Below, piece by piece: positions 47,774 to 56,876 of a DNA stretch of 64,000 nt. Each line of letters opens with the position of its first letter. The first letter of the stretch is position 1. The stretch comes from Gammaproteobacteria bacterium (GTDB taxonomy: Bacteria; Pseudomonadota; Gammaproteobacteria; Steroidobacterales; Steroidobacteraceae): the NCBI GenBank assembly GCA_037440085.1, contig JBBIUT010000002.1, forward strand, positions 7,337 to 71,336, read 5' to 3'. A program made the translations under genes and the position numbers. The notes below the pieces were generated by a model. It made no database searches, had not been told where the DNA came from, and saw nothing but the letters and a program-made list of their open reading frames with translations.

Positions 47774-49648
47774 ATGTCGGGCGATCTAAATCCGGGTAGA
47801 CCTGTAGTACCCCTGGCGCTGGCCGCGCTGGGAGTGGTGTTCGGCGACATCGGCACCAGTCCGCTGTATGCCATGTCGGCTTGCTTTTCCGGTCCCAACA
47901 TTCAAGTGACGCCGGAGCACGTCTTCGGCGTCCTGTCCCTGATTTTCTGGACCCTGGTGCTGGTGATCCTGCTCAAGTACGTCGCGGTCGTGCTGAATGC
48001 CGACAACAAGGGCGAAGGAGGCGTGCTGGCGCTGACCGCCCTGGTGATCAATACGGCGCGCGAGAGTCCGCGCCGCAGGATTTACGGGACGTTGGGTATC
48101 CTGGGGGCGGCGCTGTTCTTCGCCGACGGCGCAATCACGCCCGCGATTTCGGTGTTGAGCGCCGTCGAGGGATTGCACGTGGCCGCACCGAGCGCGGGAA
48201 TCCCCGTGCTGCCGATCACCGTGGTGGTGCTGGTGGGGCTGTTCTTGATCCAGCGCCACGGCACCGGCTCGGTGGGCAGGGTCTTCGGTCCGGTGATGTT
48301 GGGATGGTTCGCCATTTTGGCGGTGATGGGCGTCAGCTGGATCGTGCGCGAACCTCAAGTGCTCTACGCGCTCGACCCGTCGCGGGCGCTGCTGCTCATC
48401 TCGCAACACCAGATTTCCTCGCTGGCGGTGCTGGCCGGCGTTTTCCTGACCGTCACCGGCGGCGAAGCGCTGTATGCCGACATGGGTCATTTCGGCAAGT
48501 CGCCGATTCGCTTGGGTTGGATGTGCATCGTCATGCCGGCGCTGGTTCTCAATTATTTTGGTCAAGGGGCCTTGCTGATCGAGAATCCGGCGGCGGTCAG
48601 CAATCCCTTTTACTTAATGGCGCCCGAGTGGTCCTTGTGGCCTCTGGTCGTCATCGCCACCGCCGCCACGGTGATCGCCTCGCAGGCGGTGATTTCGGGG
48701 GTGTTCTCCGTGACCACTCAGGCGGTGAGCCTGGGTCTGTTTCCCCGGGTGCGGGTCGAGCATTCCTCGGCGGAATACGCCGGACAGATTTATGTGCCGA
48801 CGATGAATTGGATCCTGATGGGTGCCGCCTTGGCATTGGTCCTGAGCTTCGGCAGTTCGGCGGCGCTGGCGGGCGCCTATGGCCTGGCCGTCTCCGGCGC
48901 CATGACCATCGTGACGCCATTGACCTTGAGTCTCATTAAATCGCAGACCGGACGCGAGAGCCGCACGCTGCGCGCCGGCCTGTCGCTGCTGTTCATCGTC
49001 GACATCGCATTCCTGCTCGCGAACTTGACCAAGCTCGGGGACGGAGGATGGCTGCCGCTGCTGTCCGGGTTCGTCATTTATTGGCTGATGCAGACCTGGG
49101 CCAGCGGCAAGGCCTCGGTCATGGCGCGGTTGCTGCGCGATCAAAAGCCGGTGCGCGACTTCCTCGAGGACTTGAAGCGCGATCCGCCGGTGCGGGTGCC
49201 CGGAACCGCAATCTTCATGGACGCGAAAGCCACCGGCATACCGCGGGCACTGCTCAACAACATCAAGTTCAACCGCGTCATCCACGAGCATGTGGTTCTG
49301 CTGACGGTGGTCACCCGCGAACAGCCGCGTGTCCCCGCGGCAAAGCGCTTGAGCGTTACCCCGGTGTGCGAGGGCATCATGCGGCTCGTGGCCCAGGTCG
49401 GATTCATGGAGAAGCCGAGCATTCCGGAAATCCTCCGGGATGCGGAGGCCTACGGCATTGTTTACGAGCCGGAGAACACGACTTTCTTCCTGAGCCGCGA
49501 AGAATTGCTGCCGGGACAGCGCTCGGACTTGCCGCCGCTGCGGCGCCGGGCTTTCATGCAAATGGCGCGCAGCGCCCAGGTCGTCGCCGACTACTACGGT
49601 CTGCCGCCCGGCCGCGTGATCGAGATCGGGACACGGCTGGAAATCTGA
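47774..49648 (+). CDS. kup: Potassium uptake protein Kup
   Basis: 624 aa with a KUP/HAK/KT N-terminus ([14 protein letters not shown]) and 12 TM helices plus a cytoplasmic C-terminal domain. Confidence 0.95.
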   Translation: MSGDLNPGRPVVPLALAALGVVFGDIGTSPLYAMSACFSGPNIQVTPEHVFGVLSLIFWTLVLVILLKYVAVVLNADNKGEGGVLALTALVINTARESPRRRIYGTLGILGAALFFADGAITPAISVLSAVEGLHVAAPSAGIPVLPITVVVLVGLFLIQRHGTGSVGRVFGPVMLGWFAILAVMGVSWIVREPQVLYALDPSRALLLISQHQISSLAVLAGVFLTVTGGEALYADMGHFGKSPIRLGWMCIVMPALVLNYFGQGALLIENPAAVSNPFYLMAPEWSLWPLVVIATAATVIASQAVISGVFSVTTQAVSLGLFPRVRVEHSSAEYAGQIYVPTMNWILMGAALALVLSFGSSAALAGAYGLAVSGAMTIVTPLTLSLIKSQTGRESRTLRAGLSLLFIVDIAFLLANLTKLGDGGWLPLLSGFVIYWLMQTWASGKASVMARLLRDQKPVRDFLEDLKRDPPVRVPGTAIFMDAKATGIPRALLNNIKFNRVIHEHVVLLTVVTREQPRVPAAKRLSVTPVCEGIMRLVAQVGFMEKPSIPEILRDAEAYGIVYEPENTTFFLSREELLPGQRSDLPPLRRRAFMQMARSAQVVADYYGLPPGRVIEIGTRLEI

Positions 49649-50301
49649 ATCGTCTTGACGCCGTCATCGCCCGCCACCAGCAGCAGATCCGCCGCGCGAT
49701 GCGCGAATAAACCGACGGTGACCACCCCCGCGATCCGATTGATCGCATCCTCCATGGCGAGGGGGTCGGTCAGAGGCATATGGTGCACATCCAATATCGC
49801 GTTGCCGTTGTCGGTCACCACCCGTTCGCGCCACACCGGTAGTCCGCCGAGCTTCACCAGTTGTCGCGCGACGTAGGAGCGCGCCATGGGTATGACCTCG
49901 ACCGGCAAGGGGAAGGCGCCCAGCGACTTGACCAGCTTGCTGTCATCGACGATGCAGATGAACTTCTCGGACGCCGCGGCGATGATCTTCTCGCGGGTGA
50001 GCGCTGCGCCGCCGCCCTTGATCAGCACGCCGTGTTCATTGGCCTCGTCGGCTCCGTCGATGTAGAGGGAAAGATCGCCTTGCGCGTTCAGGTCCAGTAC
50101 CGGAATCCCCGCCGCCTGCAACGCGAGTGTGGTCCGGTCCGAACTCGCGACCGCGCCTGCAAGCCTGATTTTACGGTCTTTCAGCTCTTCGATGAGTTCG
50201 GCCACCGTCGAGCCCGTTCCCATACCGAGGACCATGCCCTCCTCGATGTAGGGGATCGCGGCTTGCGCGGCGCGACGTTTTTTTTGACTCGGTGAAAGGA
50301 T
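49594..50301 (-). CDS. rpiA: Ribose-5-phosphate isomerase A; 5' end assigned to a non-canonical ATC codon
   Basis: Motifs GMGTGST, DGADE and [11 protein letters not shown] are present. The conserved N-terminal helix ([18 protein letters not shown]) is encoded upstream of the first Met (50235). That frame has no ATG, GTG, TTG or CTG. AAGGAG lies 7 nt before ATC 50301. The 3' end overlaps kup by 55 nt. Confidence 0.8.
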   Translation of the reverse strand: MLSPSQKKRRAAQAAIPYIEEGMVLGMGTGSTVAELIEELKDRKIRLAGAVASSDRTTLALQAAGIPVLDLNAQGDLSLYIDGADEANEHGVLIKGGGAALTREKIIAAASEKFICIVDDSKLVKSLGAFPLPVEVIPMARSYVARQLVKLGGLPVWRERVVTDNGNAILDVHHMPLTDPLAMEDAINRIAGVVTVGLFAHRAADLLLVAGDDGVKTIQISSRVPISITRPGGRP

Positions 50302-50314
50302 TTTCCGGCTCCTT

Positions 50315-50348
50315 AAAACAACTGTGCCCGCTTACGCGGGCACAGTTG
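50315..50348 (-). terminator. GC-rich hairpin plus T4: candidate terminator/attenuator between the mini-ORF and rpiA
   Basis: On the minus strand, CAACTGTGCCCGC-GTAA-GCGGGCACAGTTG forms a perfect 13-bp stem. It is followed by TTTT and then immediately by the rpiA SD AAGGAG. Confidence 0.55.
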
Positions 50349-50363
50349 ATTACTTTCGAAGGC

Positions 50364-50429
50364 TTACTTCTTCTTAGCGGCCTTTTTCTTAGCTACCTTC
50401 TTCTTCGCCTTCTTTGCTTTCGCTGCCAT
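50364..50429 (-). CDS. 21-codon Lys/Ala-rich mini-ORF (MAAKAKKAKKKVAKKKAAKKK)
   Basis: This ORF is below the track cutoff. GGAG lies 8 nt before the ATG. It has its own AT-rich promoter-like sequence upstream and a hairpin 15 nt after its TAA. Confidence 0.45.
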   Translation of the reverse strand: MAAKAKKAKKKVAKKKAAKKK

Positions 50430-50465
50430 GATAGAAACTCCGTTGTCGGGTTAGTCCGGGGTCCG

Positions 50466-50497
50466 AGTATATACACGAATAATTAATTTACAAGCAA
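50466..50497 (-). promoter_or_regulatory. Candidate sigma70 promoter for the mini-ORF/rpiA unit
   Basis: On the minus strand, TTGCTT (50497-50492), an 18-nt AT-rich spacer and TATATA (50473-50468) are present. This is the only strongly AT-rich patch in the EVE-rpiA interval. Confidence 0.4.
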
Positions 50498-50543
50498 TAC
50501 GTCGCGCTTCTTCCACGACAATGTGGTAGCGCTGCGACGGGCG

Positions 50544-51008
50544 TCACTCGAGAGTGAGAACGAATTCCCATTCCGCCTTGGATACCGGCGTCACCGACAG
50601 ACGATTCCCGCGCCGCAAGACGGCCATGCCGGCGAGCGCATCGTCGGCGTGTTTGCGCAGCTCCTCGAGCGCAACGAGGCGCTTGAACTTGCGCACCAAC
50701 TTCACATCGACCACGAACCAGCAAGGATCGCTCCGGGTACTGCCGGCGTCGTAGTGATGATCCCTCGGGTCGAAGGCGGTTTTGTCCGCATAGCCCTCTT
50801 TCACCACGCGGACGATTCCGGCGATGCCCGGGAGGGCGCAACCGGAGTGATAGAAAAAGGCCGTATCGCCTATTTTCATAGAGTCCCGCAGCATGTTCCT
50901 CGCCTGGTAATTGCGCACGCCGTCCCAAGCGGTGATCTGTCCGGGCGATGCGGCGAGGTGATCAACGCTGAAGGTGTCGGGCTCGGATTTCATGAGCCAA
51001 TGATTCAT
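50544..51008 (-). CDS. EVE (PUA-like) domain protein
   Basis: The N-terminus is MNHWLMKSEPDTFS, 154 aa. Its ATG overlaps the 5FCL stop (ATGA). Confidence 0.85.
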   Translation of the reverse strand: MNHWLMKSEPDTFSVDHLAASPGQITAWDGVRNYQARNMLRDSMKIGDTAFFYHSGCALPGIAGIVRVVKEGYADKTAFDPRDHHYDAGSTRSDPCWFVVDVKLVRKFKRLVALEELRKHADDALAGMAVLRRGNRLSVTPVSKAEWEFVLTLE

Positions 51009-51604
51009 TGCGCGTCCTTCGGGAAATTTTCATATCCGGTTTCCGTCGCGAGCGCATCCAGGCGAACGTCCCAGGGTTCGGCGAAGGCGCAAGCGGCGCG
51101 CTGGCGTTCAAAGGCGATACCGACGAGCCGCGGACCCATCCAATGGCGGCGGTGACGCCGAAAGGCGAGCGCGCGATCATAGAATCCGCCGCCCATCCCC
51201 AAGCGACGGCCTCGCGGATCGACTCCCACCAGCGGCACCACGATCAGATCGAACCAGCGCGGCTCGACGGCGCGCGCCAGGCGGTGAGGGGCGCATTGCG
51301 GCACCAAAATACCGAACGTGCCGCGCCGCGTCCTGCCGGTCAGGGGGTAGAAGCGCAGGCGGCGATGGCGCAGATCGCTCACCACGGGCACGAAAATGCG
51401 AACTCCGCGGCGCCGTGCCGCGACGATCAGAGCGGCCGTGTCCGTTTCACCATCGAACGGCAGATAGAGCGCGATGCGGGCGCCCGACTTGAATGCCGCC
51501 GTGCGGACAATGGCCGCGGCGGCGCGCCGGGAACGCAGGCGGTGATCCGCGGGGGCGAGGGAGCGGCGCGCGGCCCGCAATTGCTTGCGCAACTTCACTT
51601 TCAT
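51005..51604 (-). CDS. ygfA: 5-formyltetrahydrofolate cyclo-ligase
   Basis: The GMGGGFYDR motif is present, 199 aa. It sits immediately downstream of 6S RNA, as E. coli ygfA (fau) does. Confidence 0.85.
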   Translation of the reverse strand: MKVKLRKQLRAARRSLAPADHRLRSRRAAAAIVRTAAFKSGARIALYLPFDGETDTAALIVAARRRGVRIFVPVVSDLRHRRLRFYPLTGRTRRGTFGILVPQCAPHRLARAVEPRWFDLIVVPLVGVDPRGRRLGMGGGFYDRALAFRRHRRHWMGPRLVGIAFERQRAACAFAEPWDVRLDALATETGYENFPKDAQ

Positions 51605-51631
51605 GAAATCAAGAATAGACGCGCGAAGGAG

Positions 51632-51824
51632 ATGGCGCTACCCGCAGGTGCCGTTTTGGACCGTTGCTCCCGACCTGAGCAACAGGTGGGGCTAACTGCG
51701 GCACTTAAGGCTTTCCGCTCGAGGCGGACTTGCACAATGCTGCCAGCAAGCAATGGCCCCTGGGGTTTACAAATTAGGGTCAGGAGGTAACCCGATCCGC
51801 ATCGAACACCGCAGGCAGCGCCAA
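51632..51824 (-). ncRNA. ssrS: 6S RNA (ends approximate, +/-10 nt)
   Basis: It lies between zapA and 5FCL, matching E. coli zapA-ssrS-ygfA. The minus-strand terminal arms GGCGCTGCCTGCGGTG and CACCTGCGGGTAGCGCC pair. The internal GAAAGCCTTAAGTGCCGCAG resembles the E. coli GAGAAGCCUUAAAACUGCGAC central-bubble segment. Confidence 0.75.
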
Positions 51825-51850
51825 AATTAACCTTAGATAGGGAAAGGGCC

Positions 51851-52165
51851 CTAGAACTCGAGCTGTCGGCCCTTCTCCAAAGCCGACTCTACGCGTTCGC
51901 GCAAGATACGCAAGCGTCCGCCGACGTCGGTTTCGAGAGTGGTGTCACGTTTGCGGAATCTGATCAGCTCGTTCGCCAGATTGAGCGCGGCGATGACGGC
52001 TATTCGATCCAGACCGACGACTTTTCCGCTTTCTCGAATCTCGCGCATTTTCGAATTCAGGAACTCCGCCGAATCGAGCAGGTCGGAGCGCTCCTCCATG
52101 GGGCAGGTAATGTGATACTCCTTCTCGAGTATGCGCACGCTTACCCGCGCCTGAGTGTCGCTCAT
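51851..52165 (-). CDS. zapA: Cell division protein ZapA
   Basis: 104 aa starting MSDTQARVSVRILEKEYHITCP, in the conserved position upstream of ssrS. Confidence 0.9.
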   Translation of the reverse strand: MSDTQARVSVRILEKEYHITCPMEERSDLLDSAEFLNSKMREIRESGKVVGLDRIAVIAALNLANELIRFRKRDTTLETDVGGRLRILRERVESALEKGRQLEF

Positions 52166-52392
52166 GCCTGCTCCATCGATTTCAGACGTCCGATCATCGC
52201 TTCGACCCGCCCGCGCACCAGTTCGTTCTTGTGCAACAGATTGGCGCGCTCCGAGGTGAGCGTATCTTGCCGCTGGCGCAGCGCCCGATTCTCTTCCTTG
52301 ATCTGGTGCACCGTGGCGACCAGCTCCTCCAGCCGCTTCTCCAGTCGTTTGAGCTCGAGGTCCACCGGGGACTTTGGATTTCCTTCGTTCAT
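52162..52392 (-). CDS. ZapB-like coiled-coil protein (TIGR02449-type)
   Basis: 76 aa heptad-rich protein ending KNELVRGRVEAMIGRLKSMEQA, which resembles the small coiled-coil protein encoded before zapA in pseudomonads. It overlaps the zapA start. Confidence 0.75.
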   Translation of the reverse strand: MNEGNPKSPVDLELKRLEKRLEELVATVHQIKEENRALRQRQDTLTSERANLLHKNELVRGRVEAMIGRLKSMEQA

Positions 52393-52478
52393 AGAGCGCC
52401 AATATAGATCGCTGCATTGCGCAATGCAAAGGGTCGACAACGGCCCCCCGGCACGGCTTACGCGGTATCATTCGAAAA

Positions 52479-53045
52479 ATGATGGCGGATATCCGATTCG
52501 AAGACTTCGAGGACGTTCTGGCGGCCGCCAGAAGTCTCGCCGATGCGGCCGAGGCTCACGGGTCGTTGTGCGGCGCGCTGTGCTCCATGGCGCCCTACAG
52601 CCTGCAGGATTGGATCAACGAGATCCTGCCGGATGGGAACTCGCTGTCCGAGGAATCGGCGGCCATGCTGGAACGGGTGTTCACCGCGACCGCCACCTCG
52701 TTCGGCGAACAAGGCATGCAGTTCGAGCCCTTGCTGCCGGACGACGAGCAGCCGCTCAACGGGCGGGCAAACGCGCTCGCGCTGTGGTGCACCGGATTCC
52801 TATACGGCCTGGGCACCGGTCAAATCGCCGACTTGGAGGCGCTCAACGGCGATGTCGGCGAAATCGTCCGTGACTTCACCGAGATCTCGCGGGCCACGGG
52901 CGACGATGCCGAGGCGGACGAATCGAACGAACAGGCCTATGCCGAACTGGTCGAATTCATCCGCGTTGCCGCCCAGGTGGTGTTCGAGGAACTTCTACCC
53001 TTGCGCCGACAGGTCTACCAGACGACCCAACAGCGGCTGCACTAA
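52479..53045 (+). CDS. ygfB: UPF0149 family protein YgfB
   Basis: 188 aa acidic protein with LWCTGFLYGLG. It lies upstream of pepP, as in E. coli and Pseudomonas. Confidence 0.8.
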   Translation: MMADIRFEDFEDVLAAARSLADAAEAHGSLCGALCSMAPYSLQDWINEILPDGNSLSEESAAMLERVFTATATSFGEQGMQFEPLLPDDEQPLNGRANALALWCTGFLYGLGTGQIADLEALNGDVGEIVRDFTEISRATGDDAEADESNEQAYAELVEFIRVAAQVVFEELLPLRRQVYQTTQQRLH

Positions 53046-53048
53046 TCC

Positions 53049-54353
53049 ATGAATCGCAAGGAGTTCGCGCGCCGCCGCCGCCAGTTCATGCGCATGATCG
53101 GCAAGGACGCGATTGCGGTGCTGCCGGCGGCGCCCGTGCGCCACCGAAACGGCGACATCGAGTATACCTACCGGCAGGACAGCCACTTTTACTACCTCAG
53201 CGGGTTTCCCGAGCCGGATGCCGTCGCGGTACTGGTGCCGGGCCGCCCGCAAGGCGAATATCTGCTGTTCGTGCGCGATCACGATGCCTTGCGCGAGTCC
53301 TGGGACGGGGCGTGGGCCGGCACCGACGGTGCGGTGGAGCGATACGACGCGGACGATGCGTTTCCGATCGCCGATATCGATGAAATTCTACCGGGCCTCA
53401 TGGAGCAACGGCAGGGCATTTTCTATTCGATGGGCGCGCACTTCGAATTTGACCCTCGTATGCTGGCATGGGTGAACGCAATTAGGGTGCAGACACGGCA
53501 GGCCACGGGTACGCAGCAGGAATTCGTTGCGCTCGGTCATGTGCTCGACGACATGCGTTTGTACAAGAGTCATGCGGAGCAGGCGAGTCTGCGGCGCGCC
53601 GCGCACATCGCCATGGGCGCCCATCGCCGCGCCATGCGCTTTACCCGCCCCGGGCGCATGGAGTACGAGATCATGGCGGAACTGCTGCACGAATTCCGGT
53701 CGCACAACGCGGATATGTCCTACCACCCCATCGTCGGCAGCGGTGCCAATGCCTGCATCATGCACTACCGCGACAACGACCGGCGCCTGTGCGATGGGGA
53801 CTTGCTGTTGCTCGACGCCGGCTGCGAGCATGACTATTACGCCTCGGACGTCACCCGCACCTTCCCGGTGAGCGGCCGGTTCACGGCGGCTCAACGTGCG
53901 ATCTATGAAGTGGTCCTCGAGGCGCAACTGGCGGCAATCGACAAGGTGCGGCCCGGAAACCATTGGAACCAACCGCACGAAGCCGCAGTGCGCGCCATCA
54001 CCCAAGGACTGGTCAAGCTCGGATTGCTCAAGGGTTCGATCGCGCGGCTCATCAAGGATCAGGCCTATTTGCCGTTCTTCAATCATCGCACCGGGCACTG
54101 GCTCGGACTCGACGTGCACGACGTGGGCGACTACAAGGTCGGCGGAGAATGGCGGGTGCTCGAACCCGGTATGGCCCTCACCGTGGAGCCGGGCATTTAC
54201 ATTCGCCCCTCGCCGCGCGTACCCCGGGAGTTCTGGAACATCGGTGTTCGAATAGAGGACGACGTATTGGTGACCGAGGTCGCTCCGGAGGTGCTGACGG
54301 CGGCGCTCGAGAAGACTCCCGAGGCTATCGAGCGCCTGGTGCAGGCGGGGTGA
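53049..54353 (+). CDS. pepP: Xaa-Pro aminopeptidase
   Basis: M24B metal-ligand motifs are present (DAGCEHDYYASDVTRTFP, HRTGHWLGLDVHD, EPGIY, GVRIEDD). Confidence 0.9.
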   Translation: MNRKEFARRRRQFMRMIGKDAIAVLPAAPVRHRNGDIEYTYRQDSHFYYLSGFPEPDAVAVLVPGRPQGEYLLFVRDHDALRESWDGAWAGTDGAVERYDADDAFPIADIDEILPGLMEQRQGIFYSMGAHFEFDPRMLAWVNAIRVQTRQATGTQQEFVALGHVLDDMRLYKSHAEQASLRRAAHIAMGAHRRAMRFTRPGRMEYEIMAELLHEFRSHNADMSYHPIVGSGANACIMHYRDNDRRLCDGDLLLLDAGCEHDYYASDVTRTFPVSGRFTAAQRAIYEVVLEAQLAAIDKVRPGNHWNQPHEAAVRAITQGLVKLGLLKGSIARLIKDQAYLPFFNHRTGHWLGLDVHDVGDYKVGGEWRVLEPGMALTVEPGIYIRPSPRVPREFWNIGVRIEDDVLVTEVAPEVLTAALEKTPEAIERLVQAG

Positions 54354-54369
54354 CGCGGATGCACGCGGC

Positions 54370-55644
54370 GTGAATAACTCGTTCGATATCGCCATCGTCG
54401 GCGGCGGCATGGTCGGCGCCAGTCTGGCCGTGGCGCTCAAGGGGCTCGACGTGCGGGTGGCGCTGATCGAGGCCGTGCCGCACGACTCGGCATCGCAACC
54501 GAGCTTCGATGAGCGCACCACGGCGCTCTCGAACGGCAGCCGCCGCATTCTGGAAACCTTGGGCGTGTGGCCGGCGGTGGCCGCCGCGGCGACGCCCATC
54601 GCCAAAATTCACGTCTCCGATCAGGGCCACTTCGGCTTTGCGCGCATCGATGCGGCGGAGCAGGGCCTGCGCGCGCTCGGGTACGTGGTTGCGAATCGCG
54701 CGCTCGGCGCGGCGCTGTGGTCCAAGCTCGGCGATCACGGGAATCTGCGCGTGTACTGTCCGGCGCGAGTGTCGCGCCTGGTCCCCGGGGAGCAGCCGGT
54801 TGCGCTTGGCGTATCGGAGGCGTCCGGAGCCGAGTCCTCGATCAAGGCGCAATTGGTGGTCGCGGCGGACGGCATCGAGTCCGCGGTGCGCAGCGCCTTC
54901 GGCGTGTCCGCCGACGTGCGCGACTACGAACAGACCGCGGTGATCACCACGGTATTGCCGCGAAAATTTCACGATCATGTGGCCTACGAACGCTTCACCG
55001 CCAACGGCCCGCTCGCGTTGCTGCCGCTCAACGACGGCCGCTGTACCCTGGTCCTCACGCTCCGCCGCTCGTTGGCGGAGTCGGCCATGGGCTGGTCGGA
55101 TCAGGATTTTCTGGCCGAAGTGCAGAGTCGATTCGGATTCAGGCTGGGCCGATTCCTCAAGGTGGGGCGCCGTGTCGCCTATCCTCTGTCCTTGACGCGC
55201 GCCACGCGCACCAGCGCCGGACGCTGCGCGGTCATCGGCAACGCGGCGCAGGGACTGCATCCGGTCGCCGGGATGGGGTTCAATCTCGGCCTGCGCGACG
55301 TGGCGTGCCTCGCCGAGCTGATTGCCGAGCGTTGCTCGGAGCATGCCGGGAATCGGCAGTTGCAGGACCTCGACGCGAGCGCCCTGTTGTCGGCGTACGA
55401 TGCCTGGCGAGCCGCGGACCGCAGCGAAATCATCGCCTTCACCGATGGATTGGTGCGGCTGTTTTCCAATCCCCTGGGCGCGGTGCAGCGGCTGCGCAAT
55501 CTCGGGCTGTTGGCCTTCGATTTGCTGCCGCCCGCGAAAGCGGCGTTGTCGTCGTTGAGCACCGGAGCCGCCGGACGGGTCCCAAAACTTGCGCGCGGCG
55601 TCGCGCTCGGCCCGGCAAGCCGCGCCGCTGGCTCTACGGCATGA
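54370..55644 (+). CDS. ubiH: 2-octaprenyl-6-methoxyphenol hydroxylase (FAD monooxygenase)
   Basis: GTG start. Motifs IVGGGMVGASLA (GxGxxG) and GNAAQGLHPVAGMGFNLG are present. It follows pepP, as in E. coli. Confidence 0.85.
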   Translation: MNNSFDIAIVGGGMVGASLAVALKGLDVRVALIEAVPHDSASQPSFDERTTALSNGSRRILETLGVWPAVAAAATPIAKIHVSDQGHFGFARIDAAEQGLRALGYVVANRALGAALWSKLGDHGNLRVYCPARVSRLVPGEQPVALGVSEASGAESSIKAQLVVAADGIESAVRSAFGVSADVRDYEQTAVITTVLPRKFHDHVAYERFTANGPLALLPLNDGRCTLVLTLRRSLAESAMGWSDQDFLAEVQSRFGFRLGRFLKVGRRVAYPLSLTRATRTSAGRCAVIGNAAQGLHPVAGMGFNLGLRDVACLAELIAERCSEHAGNRQLQDLDASALLSAYDAWRAADRSEIIAFTDGLVRLFSNPLGAVQRLRNLGLLAFDLLPPAKAALSSLSTGAAGRVPKLARGVALGPASRAAGSTA

Positions 55645-56876
55645 GCCGCGATTTCGACGCCATAATCGTCGGCGCGGGAGTAGTCGGCAGCGTTATGGCG
55701 AGTCTGTTGCTGGCGCGCAAGCAAAGCAGCCCGGGCCGGGTGGCGATCGTCGCCGACCGAATTGCGGCGGGCTCGGGCGCCCCCGCCGCTGACTGGGATC
55801 TGCGGGTGTATGCATTGAGCCGCGCCTCGCAGCGGCTGCTGCAAATATGCGGAGCGTGGCAGAGCCTGCCGCCGCAGCGAGTGTCCGCCTACGACCGCAT
55901 GTGCGTTTGGGACGAGAGCGGCACTCCGGAAGGGCCGGGATCGCTGACCTTCGATTGCGCCGAGATCGGCGAAGCGAATCTGGGCCACATCGTCGACGGG
56001 CGCGCATTGCAGGAGTCCTGCCTGCGGGCGGCGTGCGCCACCGGCGCCGTGCTCATCGAGGCGCAGGTGCAGGAGGTCGCGCTGACCGCGGCCGATGCGC
56101 GGCTGCGCCTGACCGACGGCCGCGATCTGCGCGGCGCTCTGCTGATCGCGGCCGACGGCGCCGAATCGAAGACCCGCGGCCTCATCGGCATCGACGTCGC
56201 CGGCCATGCCTACCATCAGGATGCGCTGGTGGCTCACGTGCGAAGCGAAAGATCGCATCGGAACACCGCCTGGCAGCGATTCTTATCCACCGGACCGCTG
56301 GCATTCCTGCCGCTGCCGGACGGCCGCTCATCGATCGTCTGGAGCGTCGCGCGGGCCGAGGCCGCGCGGCTGCGGGGACTCGATGCGGCGGCGTTCGGGG
56401 TGGCGCTGCGGGCGGCGAGCGGCGACGTGCTCGGGGAACTAGCGCTTACGACGCCGCTTGCGAGCTTTGCGCTCAAATTACAGTATTCGGTCGACTATGC
56501 GCGGCCGCGCGCCGTGCTGCTCGGCGATGCCGCACACGCGGTGCACCCACTGGCGGGGCAAGGATTGAATCTTGGGCTGCTGGATTGCGCGTCGCTCGCC
56601 GATGTGCTCGGCTCCGCGGGCGCGGCCGCACAGTTCGGCGAGTACCGGTTGCTGCGCCGCTACGAGCGTTGGCGCAAGAGCGAGAACCTGCTGGCGGCCA
56701 CCGCGTTCGACGGTTTGGAGCGTCTATTTTCGAATGCCAACTCGGGCGCGGCGCGGCTGCGCACCGCCGGGCTCGATTCGGTGCGCAAGCTGCCGTTCCT
56801 CAAACGGCAGTTCGCGAAGCGCGCCCTGGGGTTGGTCGGCGACGTTCCCGCCTTTCTCAAGGCCGAGGGCGTCTAG
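55641..56876 (+). CDS. ubiI: UbiI/VisC-type FAD-dependent ubiquinone hydroxylase
   Basis: Motifs IVGAGVVGS and GDAAHAVHPLAGQGLNLG are present. Its ATG overlaps the ubiH stop (ATGA). Confidence 0.8.
   Translation: MSRDFDAIIVGAGVVGSVMASLLLARKQSSPGRVAIVADRIAAGSGAPAADWDLRVYALSRASQRLLQICGAWQSLPPQRVSAYDRMCVWDESGTPEGPGSLTFDCAEIGEANLGHIVDGRALQESCLRAACATGAVLIEAQVQEVALTAADARLRLTDGRDLRGALLIAADGAESKTRGLIGIDVAGHAYHQDALVAHVRSERSHRNTAWQRFLSTGPLAFLPLPDGRSSIVWSVARAEAARLRGLDAAAFGVALRAASGDVLGELALTTPLASFALKLQYSVDYARPRAVLLGDAAHAVHPLAGQGLNLGLLDCASLADVLGSAGAAAQFGEYRLLRRYERWRKSENLLAATAFDGLERLFSNANSGAARLRTAGLDSVRKLPFLKRQFAKRALGLVGDVPAFLKAEGV

Noticed and set aside
47651-49648. tRNA-Gln was considered as a possible integration hotspot for a genomic island.
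   Set aside because: The downstream gene is the core transporter kup. No integrase, direct repeat of the tRNA 3' end or compositional shift was seen.
49594-49648. The 55-nt convergent overlap of the rpiA and kup 3' ends, considered as a possible assembly error or antisense regulation.
   Set aside because: The RpiA extension past the usual ...DGVKTI end ([17 protein letters not shown]) is plausibly a benign stop-codon shift. Nothing in the sequence alone indicates function.
50292-50486. A 64-aa plus-strand ORF ([14 protein letters not shown]...) from the track.
   Set aside because: It is antisense to the mini-ORF, promoter and hairpin unit. Its Leu-rich translation simply mirrors the Lys (AAG/AAA) codons on the other strand.
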